Shown here piece by piece: positions 52,901 to 63,701 of a stretch of 64,000 nucleotides of DNA. The translations under genes and the position numbers were made by a program. The DNA comes from Antedon mediterranea (lineage: Eukaryota; Animalia; Echinodermata), in NCBI RefSeq assembly GCF_964355755.1, contig NC_092674.1, positions 8,804,001 through 8,868,000 on the forward strand, given 5' to 3'. Below the pieces are notes generated by a model that saw nothing but the letters and a program-made list of their open reading frames with translations, did not search any database and was not told the DNA's origin. How positions within the stretch are numbered: the stretch's first letter is position 1; each line of letters opens with the position of its first letter.

Positions 52901-55900
52901 TGATTCTTTTTTTTTTTTATAATGGCATAAAGATAGCAAATAGTACAAAGTATTCTGTAAGTACAGTATGAATAAAAACTAACATCATTATCATGTTTAC
53001 TTACAGTGTAAACTGAACTTTAATAAGTTTTTTAGAATTAGGTCGATAACCACGCCCACCTCTTCTTCGTTCATCTACAGTATGTATATAATATATAATA
53101 TTCCCATCATAAATAGATACATGTTAGTTTCTAGTATCTATCACAGTATTTAATTGACTTTCGGTTTCTTCTTAGTTTCTAAAATTCATGTTGTTTGCAG
53201 TGTTTTTAGGAAGTAAAATACATGCATCTATCACATGAATGAACAACATGACAATGTAAAATGATAAAAACATATGATCTAAATGTACTATGGTGTTAAA
53301 CTACAGTACATTATCATAGTATAGTATAGGCCTTCCGTATTGTAGTACTACTGTATCAGAATATAATTTTGTACCATACAGATATTATAGTATATGATTG
53401 CACTATGGTGTTACAAATAGAATCTAAGCAATATTCAAATTCAAATATGATGATATGATATTAGATCTAAAGTAAACTAAGAACATATCACTGGCCTGTC
53501 TTGTATAGGTCTACTGTATCAGAATATAATATTGCACCATACAGATATTATAGTATATCTATATGGTTGCATTATGGTGTTACAAATAAAATCTAAGGAA
53601 TATTAGATTTAAAGTACTAATGCTCAAGTAAGTAAGCTTAGAACATCACTGGCCTACCTGGTACAATGTACTGTACTATTAAGAAAAGAACATATACCTG
53701 TACAGGGTATACTTCTATAAAATAAATGACCAAACATAAAGAACTACAACATCACTGGCCTGTCTGGTATGTGTGCTTTTTATTACAGTTCATGGACCTA
53801 AATTATGGAATAACTTAAAAGAGAATCTAAAAAAATGTGAAAATGCAAAAATATTCAGACATCAAATTAAGTTTAATTATTTGGAAAATTATCATTCATA
53901 AATATACTATTATTATTATGCCACTTTTACCTAATTTACATTTTTATTTTGTATTTATGTTTTGTTGGGTCTTTCTGAGACAGGCCTTGGCCTCTAAGTC
54001 TGATCCAAATTAATGAAATCATTATTTGTTTATATTGTTTACATTGTTTAAGTTTTCATTAATTGAATAAATGTGAAATGAAATGAAATGAAATTGTGTA
54101 GAAATAATTGTACAATCATTTAAGGAAAGCAAAGAAACAAAAGAACAATGACAACAATAGGCCACAAAAACAAAGAAGTGTGAACAGACAATTACATGAT
54201 TTGCATAGTAATAGTAAGGGTGAGATACACACAATCAATGGAGTTATATTCACACCTTGGCACTTATTTAAGCAGTGATTGGTGGTAATGTATTGCAGTG
54301 ATTTTGGATGATCAGCTGTATTGTTAATAATAGAGCTGAGGAATGGGAAGGGTGCAGACCCTAAAGTTTATTTGTATATACCAAATTACATTATTTAATA
54401 AAGAGGCCTAAGGAATCCAATAGAGTTTGAATACCATCATGACTGTGTAGTATTCTAAGTGGGTGCCCAATATTGAAATTTATTTTTTCTAAACCATAGC
54501 CCTTCACCAAAAGTTGATTGCTTCCCCTCGTACCTTGACCATTGAATCAACCTGTTACCGCACTTTCTTAGAATTAATGATCTTTACTAACTACTAATCA
54601 CGAGCACAGAAATAAATGACAGATGGATTAAACATGAGGAAAAATTCAGGAAACAGCCAGTCAAGCCAGAAATCTGTTAAGATGTTCCGGATACGTTTTT
54701 AACCACTGAAACTTTTCCACCAATTTTGGTTCATAAAACTAACCATTGTCTCACTTCTCTTTGATTTGACTGTAAATGATTGACCATTTAAAATCAGATT
54801 CCAATTTATTTGCATGAATTGAAATTCCAAATTTTTGCAGTGAAATTTAGTAAATTTGAGTTTTTAGCTTCAGCGAAAATAATAGTTTCTACTTTTTGAG
54901 AAGCCAATCATAGCTCAGGAATAAGTTTATGATCACTCATGTGAAATGAATCAGTAGATATGTGATCAAAATGAAATCACAGCTTGTAATGGCAAATAAT
55001 AAAAGATTTCTAAGATTATGCATGCTAAATAAAAGTCTTTCATAACATTTTTGCAAGAAGGTAAGGAGAATGCATGTAATCTCTCTCCCCACAGACTACC
55101 AACTTGGCAACTCTCCCGAGTATTAAGAATAAGCGCTTTCTACACTATCAAACTTATGTGACAAAAAAACGTGATGTGCCCATATATGGACATGATGATA
55201 TCATATCACTACCATATTTGAGCATATCACTACCATATTTGGGCACATCACACTTTCACACAAACTAGTTCAATAGTGTAGATGGAGCTATAATGAAAAG
55301 GTTCATCTGGATCACTGAATTTTATAGGATTTTCTTTTATTATTATCTAACAAATAAATTGAATAAAAACACATTGTCACCATGTTTCTTTTTAACAACG
55401 ACTTTTCTCAACAACTTTTTTTATTTTTATTCACAGCTGATTTTGACATCATTATCTGAATCAGGTGAAAATGATGCAAGTGGGAGTGGAAGCGGTTGCC
55501 TGGGTGATGATGAATGTGAAGAGAATGGCAGCGGTGCTTTTACAACATCAGTGGTACCAACAGGCAAGACAGGTGGTGACTACGTAAAGGTGACCACAGA
55601 CACCAAAGACACCAACATGATAGGAACAACACAACTGGTAGAACTTGAAGGTAGGATGAAATGTACTTTATAGTGACATTTGTTTTCCTTTAAATTTGAC
55701 AATATTTTGTATATAGGTCAATGGAGTGAGGTGGGGAAGTAGGCAGGGCAACGGTGCAATTTTTAATCTCAGCATTTGTTCAGTTATGCCTATAACCTGC
55801 TTTTAACAAATTATGAAACAATCAAATGTATTGAAATAGACCAGATAGTCAGTGATTGTAACACTTGATAAATCAAGTGTAACTTTCACCAGATGTTGTG

Positions 55901-58226
55901 TGAATAAGGCAGCAACAAAAATAGTTGTTTGTTGTTTTTGTGTGTCTTAATCTTTCTAATTCATTTAAAGATGTGTGGTTTTTTACGATACTCAAGGGAT
56001 TAAAATATACTTTACAATACCATACCATGTATAGTTACTGGATTTAGTGGACATTCACTGCTGCTACAATGCTTTTAATAGTAATTTTCTTTACATAGTA
56101 TAGGGGAAAAAAACAAACCAAATCTCTGATGGTACCTATTTATATAGCTGGGTGACGAGAGACAATGCTATTACAGAAACAAAATTAAAATATTAAAAAA
56201 AAAAAATGATGATGATTTTTGGGTGACGAGAAACAATCTAATAAAATGCTTAAAGTCTAACAGAACCAAAATTAAAATATTAAAAAAAAAAAAAATTATC
56301 CTAAACGGAATGTGTAATAATGTAAAAGGGGAAGTATATGTTCTTCAGGGGCCAATCCCAATTAAAGGGACACCTTGTTAGGTCCTTAAGGTGTCCTCTT
56401 AATATAAGTATGCTCATGTTTTGACATATCAAAACCAATGTCCAGTGAGGCTTTCATTTCATATCAATATAAAGTCATGACAATTGGAATGTCAGTCTTA
56501 GATGGACAGTGACATATGTATCCTCTTTACATTGCACTTTAATGGCGACATTACAAATGTCATCAAAGTGCAGAGGCCTCAAAAGCTTAGCATGGTTCAT
56601 ACATACAATATTTGTTAGGAAATACATAATAATTTATTACTAGTTTTCTAATTTTATTAGATTTTCTCGGTCACATTGCGAAATACTTTCAATTACTAAT
56701 AATAAAAAAAACTAATAAGAATTATATTAAAAAATGGACAGTTTATTTATAAGTATATAGATCTACTTTTTCGACAAATATTGTATTAAAAAAATGTTAA
56801 TATCTTTTCTATACAACTATACAATTAAAGAAAATAATGATTGTATGTATTGTAGTTCAAACAGAAATTCCATTTCAAATTTCTAACTGGAAAATAATTA
56901 ATAGGATCGTCGATATGAGTTGTGCTAAAGCAAAATAAATATGTTATGAAAATAATAGTAAAAACTGTACATTGTAAGCACAACAGAACTAACAACAAAG
57001 AAACATTTTTATTGGATCGCTGAATATATAGTTCAGGTATAAAATTATCACATGCAGACTCGAACACTTCTGAACAAGCAAGCTGGGATTGACAATAAAG
57101 TCAGTTTTCTAGGAAAAGAACAGCAATACCCCTACCTCCCCTTAAAGGCCAATTTACACAGACAAGCAGCAACAGTAAGCGGAAAAACCGCGTAGCTTGT
57201 CCCACTTAGAATCTGTATCTACTTTGAGCAGAAACCGCTTGTCCCCTCTGTTGTGTGTAAATGGTCATAAGAAATAACATAGATTCTATATTTTTATTAC
57301 CATAACCAATCGTCTGTGTAAATTGGCCTTAATAACCCAGTTTACAGGCCTGAAACAACCCTGTGTACAGGCCTGACATGGATTTCATTTTTTTTTTTCA
57401 TTTATCTTTTTATTTCGGAATATCATGGTGACATAATATTATATCCATAGCAAAAGAGAGAAAAAAAAAATCTTAATCTAACAGCTCATAGAACAAAAAC
57501 AAAGATATGTAAATATATAAAGTCAATGCAACAAAGCATTCCATTGTATGTGCATTCTTGACACATTAAGAAGGATTATGTATCCTATAAACAAACATGT
57601 ACAAATATTGTATAAGGCTCAATCTGAAACATGATATCAAATTGTAGCTATCACAGTAATCAGTAATCTTAATCTTCCAAACCTAGTTTCATCATAGATA
57701 TATTTTATACATTTTTATATCCGAGCAGAATATTCCAGGTTTGAATTTTGGTTGGGTAACTTTCTCTCATTCATACATATTTTCTCAGCTTGAAATCAAC
57801 TAATTTCCAGTGTATCACCGAGCGGTTACAATTTTCTCTTTGCCATTTTATACCAAATACATTTTTTTTTCTTCTTCAGATACCACAACTGATTCTGATT
57901 TCTCGTTTGAAAACATAAATGATGCTTCCCCGACAACCGTAAAACGCATGACAACAAAAGACACTAGCACAATGAGACCGACACCGACAACAGTTAAAGC
58001 AACAACTGAGCGCGCAACAGAAAAAGTGACATCAAAACAAACGACAGAAAAACCTAAGCCAAAAACCACATTACCATTTAGCACAAACAAGTTTATACCA
58101 ACAAAACAAGTAACGCTAAGAGCGGAGGTAGATACGCAATTAGGTGGTGGAACCGGTGTTGGAACGCGGTTATCGGTTGTCTGGACGTTATTGATGGCAG
58201 CAGCTGGTCTAGTACTTCTATTATAA
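23921..58226 (+). CDS. GPC5: Glypican (GPC3/GPC5/Dally subfamily-like), complete 7-exon CDS, 660 aa, GPI-anchored heparan-sulfate proteoglycan
   Basis: Exons 23921-24089, 24588-24749, 37000-37706, 38466-38719, 45563-45692, 55437-55650 and 57880-58226 give 1983 nt with consistent phases. Encodes a signal peptide, all 14 glypican cysteines (CC-T-x-x-MEE, CQYC, KPCNALCLNVMAGC, CWTG), an SGSGSG GAG site in acidic context and a C-terminal GPI signal. The large third exon resembles GPC3/5; the subfamily call is less certain than the family call. Confidence 0.9.
24588..24749 (+). CDS. GPC5: Glypican exon 2 (SSLSVCTMSQESCCTPDMEERF...)
   Basis: ttaacag|...A|gtaagt; canonical LxVC...CCTxxMEE motif; not in the ORF track. 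Confidence 0.9.
25166..25978. mobile_element. DINE-1/HINE-like (Helentron-derived) non-autonomous element with GACA/GACC microsatellites
   Basis: AACAAGGCC...AGTCGCGTG at left; CACGCGACT inside the terminal hairpin AGTCGC-ttccac-GCGACT followed by AAAAA at right; duplicated GCATAGTGATACCGGACCGACAG...ACATAGTGAACTATA module. Confidence 0.8.
27753..27877. mobile_element. Short (about 125 bp) relative of the 25166-25978 DINE-1/HINE-like element
   Basis: AACAAGGCC...AGTCGCGTG...(GACC)n GACATAGTG...TAGAGTCGCGTTGCACGTGACTAAAAA. Confidence 0.75.
28316..29215. repeat. 82-bp satellite, about 11 diverged copies
   Basis: AGTCAGTATCTAAGTAAAGTCTCGAGGAGTTCATCAATT... with 82-bp spacing. Confidence 0.9.
28948..28983. 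mobile_element. 36-bp TIR-only micro-element with 7-bp TSD
   Basis: TTTTGCC|CAGGGAGTTGTAAAATA-aa-TATTTTACAACTCCCTG|TTTTGCC; neighbouring satellite units show the empty site. Confidence 0.8.
34144..34226. repeat. 83-bp near-perfect palindrome
   Basis: 36-bp perfect outer arms, one mismatch, ACAT-g-ATGT centre. Confidence 0.9.
37000..37706 (+). CDS. GPC5: Glypican exon 3 (707 nt, helical core, CQYC, KPCNALC)
   Basis: ttttcag|...AAG|gtaagc; ORF 36978-37739. Confidence 0.93.
38466..38719 (+). CDS. GPC5: Glypican exon 4 (ANELCGDP...LPNQIC...CWTG)
   Basis: ttttag|...AA|gtaagt. Confidence 0.9.
39181..39206. mobile_element. 26-bp TIR-only micro-element with 7-bp TSD (same termini as 28948)
   Basis: GTTTGAC|CAGGGAGGTATTTTTATAACTCCCTG|GTTTGAC. 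Confidence 0.7.
39545..40604. mobile_element. About 1.06-kb non-autonomous fold-back DNA transposon (Mutator/MULE-like)
   Basis: About 86-bp perfect TIRs CGGGTGTCACGAAACCTAAGACC... built of CTAAGAC iterations. TSD GTCTAGAT (8 bp), or GGTCTAGATC (10 bp) if the ends are GGGTG/CACCC. A further diverged internal inverted repeat is present; no transposase ORF. Confidence 0.88.
45563..45692 (+). CDS. GPC5: Glypican exon 5 (YKKFVWTGGVDQQAQNSEV...LQRMRK)
   Basis: tttccag|...AAG|gtaat; matches the glypican QxxNPEV-type motif; not in the ORF track. Confidence 0.85.
46469..46640 (-). mobile_element. 172-bp truncated Penelope-like pLTR insertion carrying a hammerhead ribozyme
   Basis: 16-bp TSD TTATTTATATATATTA (46453-46468 and 46641-46656); hammerhead at the 5' end of the minus strand. 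Confidence 0.7.
46595..46632 (-). ncRNA. Minimal type I hammerhead ribozyme (PLE-type)
   Basis: Minus strand: GCA-CTGATGA-A-GGGC-tagtgtt-GCCC-GAAA-GCTC-TGC. Stem I GCA/TGC, stem II GGGC/GCCC, palindromic AGCT stem III, CUC cleavage triplet. Confidence 0.8.
55132..55289. mobile_element. PIF/Harbinger-type MITE (diverged)
   Basis: Imperfect TIRs AGCGCTTTCTACACTATCAAACT and AGTTCAATAGTGTAGATGGAGCT; 3-bp ATA on both flanks; internal TGATGTGCCCA/TGGGCACATCA inverted repeat. Confidence 0.65.
55437..55650 (+). CDS. GPC5: Glypican exon 6 (GAG attachment ENDASGSGSGCLGDDEC)
   Basis: tcacag|...G|gtagg; Ser-Gly repeats flanked by acidic residues. Confidence 0.88.
57146..57329. mobile_element. Tourist-like (PIF/Harbinger) MITE
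   Basis: Perfect 18-bp TIR AGGCCAATTTACACAGAC and GTCTGTGTAAATTGGCCT, with TAA on both sides. Confidence 0.85.
57880..58226 (+). CDS. GPC5: Glypican exon 7 (Thr/Lys-rich stalk plus GPI signal, stop TAA)
   Basis: cttcag|AT ACC...; ends GGGTGVGTRLSVVWTLLMAAAGLVLLL*. Confidence 0.85.
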
Positions 58227-61192
58227 TCTAAACAAACTTTATATCCTGTGTAATAAATACCTACCAAAATATAACCAATTACTAGGCTTTGAATTATATT
58301 TGTTTGTGGAAATCGTTTCCTTCATAGTGTAACAGTATAACCACAGTCTAGATTCGGTTAATAGTCTGGTTGTATATCAGGTCCTGGATCTAAACATTTA
58401 AAAAGCCTTTACAAGTTTTTGAAAAGAAATGACTAGACTGATTACAAAACATAATATTACCAAAGAAGGGTCTAACTTATAGCTATAGGCATGCATGTAT
58501 ATGGATGGGAGACGGCCGGGTAAAGGGATGGGAGAAGACACAAAAAGGGTTGGTAGAAGACCCAATAAGGGCTGGGACCAATAAGGGTTGGAGGCGAGTT
58601 AGGCATAGACTCGTCCTATTGAAGGTAAGCGGACACTAATGAGTTTTATTTTATCTGGTTGTATTTTAGTGTAACGCATTTTTAATTATTAATTCCCTAT
58701 GCTTTTAAAACAAGTATAGGCCTAGAAACAAAATGAAAATTGTAAATGTTGGAAAATGTTTCCATTTTTTATCAGTATTTGCTTAAAACACATAAAAATT
58801 GCATTTCTTTAATATTTTTATACACATTTATACTATTGTGAAAATGTTAAAAACCAAATAATTATAGCATATTGATGTTTTCAAATAAAGGTCAAAACTA
58901 TAACATTTGATATTCTGTTTAATAGCAACATTTCTGATCAAAATGCAGGCAGTGTTTAGGCCTAAGTAGTCTTTTATTTAATGTAAAAAAAGTCTATATT
59001 GAAGGGCATTTAAAGGTGGCTGTTCTTTGCATAAATTAGACTGGGATCTGATTATTTTGTATAGGCCATGGAAAATACATGGCATGGTTCTCACCAGTCA
59101 CCTGCGTACAAAATTTTTCCCTGCATACAAAAATCTTTTCTTTTCTGTTAATGTATTTCCAAAAACTTTTGTAGCCGTAATATTAATTAAAGTGCAGCTT
59201 AACTGGGTCTAGACTAGAAATAACTAGGTTACCTACGACCTATGCCATTAAGTGTTTGACACGATCTATGCCGTTAAGTGTTTGAACATGAGAATAAAAT
59301 TTTGTGATGAAAAATAAAAGTTTACTAAACTTGCACACCAAAAGTACTAAAGGTGTCGACGAGAATCATCATAATGTATTTCCCCAGGCCTTATGGATGA
59401 TTGATTTGTATATATTTTGTATATGTAAATGAATTTAACAGTGTTTGTGGAAATGAGCGGAAGGAAAGAGGAATCTCGAATACACTATTATTACGTATTA
59501 TGTTGTGGGGAGGGGAAACAGAAAGAGTAAAGTGGGACATTTTTTTTGTTTGTGCATTAACATTCAAAGTTGTAAATATTACATAATAGTTTTCTATGTT
59601 ATTTAAACATTTTTCAGTTACAGATGTATAACATTACAAGAGGTTTTGTTTATATAATCATGTTTAACATTGTTATTTTGATTGCTATATACCTTATTTA
59701 TGTATTTCAAGTCATATTTTAATGTGTAAATCCTGTTTGCGCTCACACAAATGGTTCCATTTGTCTATGGCAATGGTAGAAATTGAATATTATCTATTTT
59801 GTAGCAAGCTATGCCATTATGCAGAAACCATTTTCCCAACAGATTTCAATGGTCCCTAAGCTTGAGTAGGGGGTTGAGGGGTGGGGGGATTGGGGATTAC
59901 TTTCAAAGAATTTGAATTAAATTGCTCTATGACCGTAATGCAAAGAAAGTGTGATTTACAAAGGTAATATGTTTGACTATGGAAAGAAGCATATAATATG
60001 TGTGGTATAGTAGTCATTTCTATTTTACATACAGAATTAATTAAAATAGTTAAAATTAATTAAAACAAAGTTATTGCATTGTGTGTCTAACTCCAAATTG
60101 TTTAAAAATGCTATAATTATTTGTATTCAATTTTCTTAAACCTTTTACTATCAGTGTATGTAAAATACAGGTTTCTATTTTAGAAATCAATATTATGATC
60201 ACATCGCAATTTAGTTCATTTTTTATTAATTATGGTAGATACTATTAATAATTAGCACCATTTGCCAAGAGATGCAAATTGAATAATAACGAATATATAT
60301 GAAATTAAAAATTAATCTAACATAAATTATAAATATTAGGCTGTGAAAGAAAATAAATTTTTAATTTTGAAGAACAGTGTGTAATTTGTGTTTAATGTAC
60401 AGTATGTGTTGTTTAGTCTAAAGGGAGGTGGGCTTGTGCTTAAAAGAAAGGTGTTCTCAATAGAGGGAGTGTATGTTAGAAAAAGAGTTGGACTCAGGAG
60501 ACAAGTGTCCCTCAGGAAAGAAGTGTACTTGCACAGTAGAGTTGAGTTTGAAGAGATGGATGCTTGAAAGAGGTGTGCTTAAGAAAGAGGTGTACTTGGG
60601 AGAGAAGTAACGTTCTTGAGAGGGGTTAACTCAGGGAGAGTGTACTTGGGAAAGAATTGAAATGTGACAGAGGCATATAAAAATGCTGAGGTTTTTAACG
60701 TATATTACTAATACCTGTTTGGTAGAGGCTACATAGACATTGTAGGCATATTTAAACCACACTTTGGATTAGAAATCAACATTTCACAAACATCTACTAA
60801 AGCGAATAATAATTCTTTTTTTATTTTCATCATCATCTGTATTGCAACATTTCCAACAGTCTGTCATATTACTATATACAGCTACAAACAATATTATATA
60901 CAGTATTTTATTATTCTTACTATCATTTCACATGATATTTCTATTTCTACATAAAACACTTAAACAATATTTATTATAAAATACTGTAATATATTATTGC
61001 TACACTTACAATAACCTTCAAACAATCAATGTCAGTTGTGTTTGTCTGCATATAAAACCTATAAATATTAAGTGCTTTTTAAACAACTGAGGTAGATGAG
61101 GAAATGTACACAGAATTTTAGGGTCTGGCTCGGTAGACTTTTATTTTACGTTATTAGTATTCCTTTACGGGTGCCACTAGTGAGAAGAGTTT

Positions 61193-61506
61193 GGGCGGTG
61201 AGTGGCCAAGCAGTTAAAACAGTGGAACCATAATACCTTGCTATATTAACATCAGCAAGGGTTCGCTCGCTCCATGGTTCTGGTGGTAGAACGAGTCTTC
61301 TTGGATAAAGACTATAAACCGTAGGTCCAGTGTACACATCTGGCTTATGTGCACCTAGTACATCTTTCGAGACGAGTAGGGGTTACCCCGGTGTACTAGT
61401 ATACACACAGCCACTGTCACTCATCAAGAGGGCCCCTTGATTGTCAGCATACGCTGTTTAGTGTCACCCTCTAAAATTAAGGTGTAATAAAATAAAATAA
61501 ATAATT
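61193..61506 (+). mobile_element. tRNA-derived SINE with Deu-domain-like core (DeuSINE-like)
   Basis: A-box-like GTGGCCAAGCAG and B-box-like GGTTCG; core TAAACCGTAGGTCC...GAGTAGGGGTTACCCCGGTGT resembles the AmnSINE1/SINE3 Deu domain (from memory); (AATAA)n tail; flanking repeat AGAGTTTGG(G). Confidence 0.7.
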
Positions 61507-61574
61507 AGAGTTTGGGGGCCTGATTTGTGTATTGAAATAAAGGGGAACGTCTGATCTAAATTCCGCCTCTGTGC

Positions 61575-61690
61575 TTACATACATTTATATACATGTGACC
61601 AACAACTTAATGCCACATCTAAAGGACAAGCCTATGAGAGTAAAGCATCTTGACAAAGGATACAAACACACACACAGGCTCGAACTCCTG
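61575..61690 (-). mobile_element. Degenerate tRNA-SINE fragment
   Basis: Minus strand GAGTTCGAGCC...TTTGTATCCTTTGTCAAGATGCTTTACTCTCAT, similar to the plus-strand copy at 63702-63860. Confidence 0.5.
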
Positions 61691-62294
61691 CCTTCATGCA
61701 AGTTGATGATACCTCATCGTTCTCTTATAAATGTACTTAAATGAACTCATTTACCGTAATCAATACAAAAACATTTCCAGGATTTGATCTTACAAATAAG
61801 TACAAAAGTGTAATTTATGAATTTAAGGAGTAGTGTACAATTCAAAACTAATATTTTGATTTCCTGGAGAAGGACTTAGTAGACGTAATGACACTGATTA
61901 CTACATCCTTATATTTTAATGGCAACATTAATTTTTCTAGGTCTGCCTCTGATTTTATTCTTAGTAACCAATCTATTTCTATAAAACATATTTTCTTTGT
62001 TTTATAGCAATCCGTCTTGAATGAATTTTAAGCATTAATTGGCATTCCAATTATAAGGCAGGAAATTCACGGCAGTTTCAGCAACATGGTAGTATTAGTT
62101 CATGGTGACCGCAACATAAATCTAAAATACGTTTTTTTCATCATTCTATTTTTGAAATTCCAATTACATTTCAGGAAATGTGCAACTGTGATTCCTGAAA
62201 AATGTGTAACTTCCAGTTGACCCTTATACTCTGCAATCTGTCTAGTTTCAAAATGTAGTAACTATGTCTCTACTTTTATCTCAACTTTATAATG

Positions 62295-62640
62295 CAGGCT
62301 GTCAAGGTAGATGTTGGCCCTAGTGAGAGATTATGATCATTAACAATGGCATCTCTCAGGCTCTCAAAGTAGATGTTGGCCCTATCTAGTGGGAGTGCGA
62401 GAGGCATGATGACTGGCCAAACAATGGCATCTCTCAGGTTGTCAAAATACATGTTGGCCCTATCTAGTGGGAGTGTAAGAGGCACGATGATTGGCCAAAA
62501 CAACAGCATCTCTCAGGTTGTCAAAATACATGTTGGCTCTATCTAGTGGGAGTGTGAGAAATGGCTAAAGAAAGCCAGTGTTCACATACCGGTAGGGCTA
62601 AGGCAAGGTGACTGGACAAAACAATGGCATGATCATCTAA
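62295..62640. repeat. Degenerate about 78-bp tandem repeat (3-4 copies), probably in the 3' UTR of the minus-strand gene
   Basis: GTTGGCCCTATCTAGTGGGAGTG...CAATGGCATCTCTCAGG recurs. Confidence 0.75.
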
Positions 62641-62801
62641 GTTGAGCTGAATATGCTAGTTCTGGTTAAACATGTACATCCAAGTTTAACTGATTGAAAA
62701 ACAAAAATTTGCCACGCAAACCTTTAAAATCATATAGTAAAATTGCAACTTAGTCACCTCATTTGTCTTCTAACTGGTGCACTTCATTACTTAATGACTC
62801 C

Positions 62802-63450
62802 TCAACTCGCCACTTCATTGGGTGGCTCTGAATCTTTGGGTTCATCTTGTTTTGCAGTCTCTTGTTTATTCTAAAAACAGAATTACAAAATGATTTTTGT
62901 TTGTAAATTTAATCAAAAAACATGTCACGTCATTAATATTAAATTTGAAAAGAACGATAAATGAAAAACAACTTTTGAAGAGCTGAATAAAAGTAGGACA
63001 TTTCTACCTGATCTATCAGATAAAAAGGATGCGAGCGATCTATTTTTTGATACTCAGCCATCAGATCGTTGCCAAATTCTCCATCTGTCAATTGAATAGC
63101 ACTGTCAACAAGTTGCAGAACAAGACGTCTGAAGTAGGCAGTGGTGTGGCGATTATCTTGACCATCAAGTAAATCACGACTTGACCATGACCAGGTGTTG
63201 GAGGCCACTTTATTTTTCATCCTAAAATAAAAATAATTATAAGCAACTTAAGTATCTTCTTAAATCAACAGGCCATCTTCTCTAAATACATTACCTCCTT
63301 TTTCTGCCTCTAATCATAAATCTATTAATGAAGAGAATGATATAAAATGTAATTAGTGTCTCACCAAGCTTTGTGTGTAGCATACATTTCACGTCTGTTT
63401 TCCTCTGTGTTCTTGTCTGCTATGTCAATAATTTTAATACCTGACTGTTT
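62802..63450 (-). CDS. 3' end of an unidentified spliced protein-coding gene (last three exons; upstream exons outside the window)
   Basis: Exons 63450-63365, 63221-63008 and 62870-62802 have AG/GT borders and compatible phases. Translation: KQSGIKIIDIADKNTEENRREMYATHKAW MKNKVASNTWSWSSRDLLDGQDNRHTTAYFRRLVLQLVDSAIQLTDGEFGNDLMAEYQKIDRSHPFYLIDQ NKQETAKQDEPKDSEPPNEVAS*. Confidence 0.75.
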
Positions 63451-63471
63451 CTATAAAAACAACATAGTTAA

Positions 63472-63660
63472 ATAATGAATTAGTAACGCTTTAAAAAACC
63501 CAAAAAATTAGCGAAAATAATCTGCTACAGTTTCGCTGAAGAAGCTGTCTGAGAAGGACAGCGAAACTGTCAAGCAGGTTAGTTTCGCTAATTTTTGGGG
63601 GTTTTTTTCGAAAAGAATTACTAACTCATAAATATCCAAAACCAGATGAACATTTTTAAT
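63472..63660 (+). mobile_element. Fold-back Penelope-like pLTR insertion with hammerhead core
   Basis: 9-bp TSD CATAGTTAA (63463-63471 and 63661-63669); imperfect inverted repeat 63475-63629 plus about 30-nt unpaired tail. Confidence 0.7.
63536..63571 (+). ncRNA. Hammerhead ribozyme core (stem I lost at the inversion breakpoint)
   Basis: CTGAAGA-A-GCTGTC-tgagaag-GACAGC-GAAA-CTGTC. Confidence 0.65.
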
Positions 63661-63701
63661 CATAGTTAAGAATTACAATTTATTTTTAACTTTATTAGAA
63701 A

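Noticed and set aside
57848-58267. 139-aa minus-strand ORF
   Set aside because: It is the antisense shadow of Thr-rich glypican exon 7.
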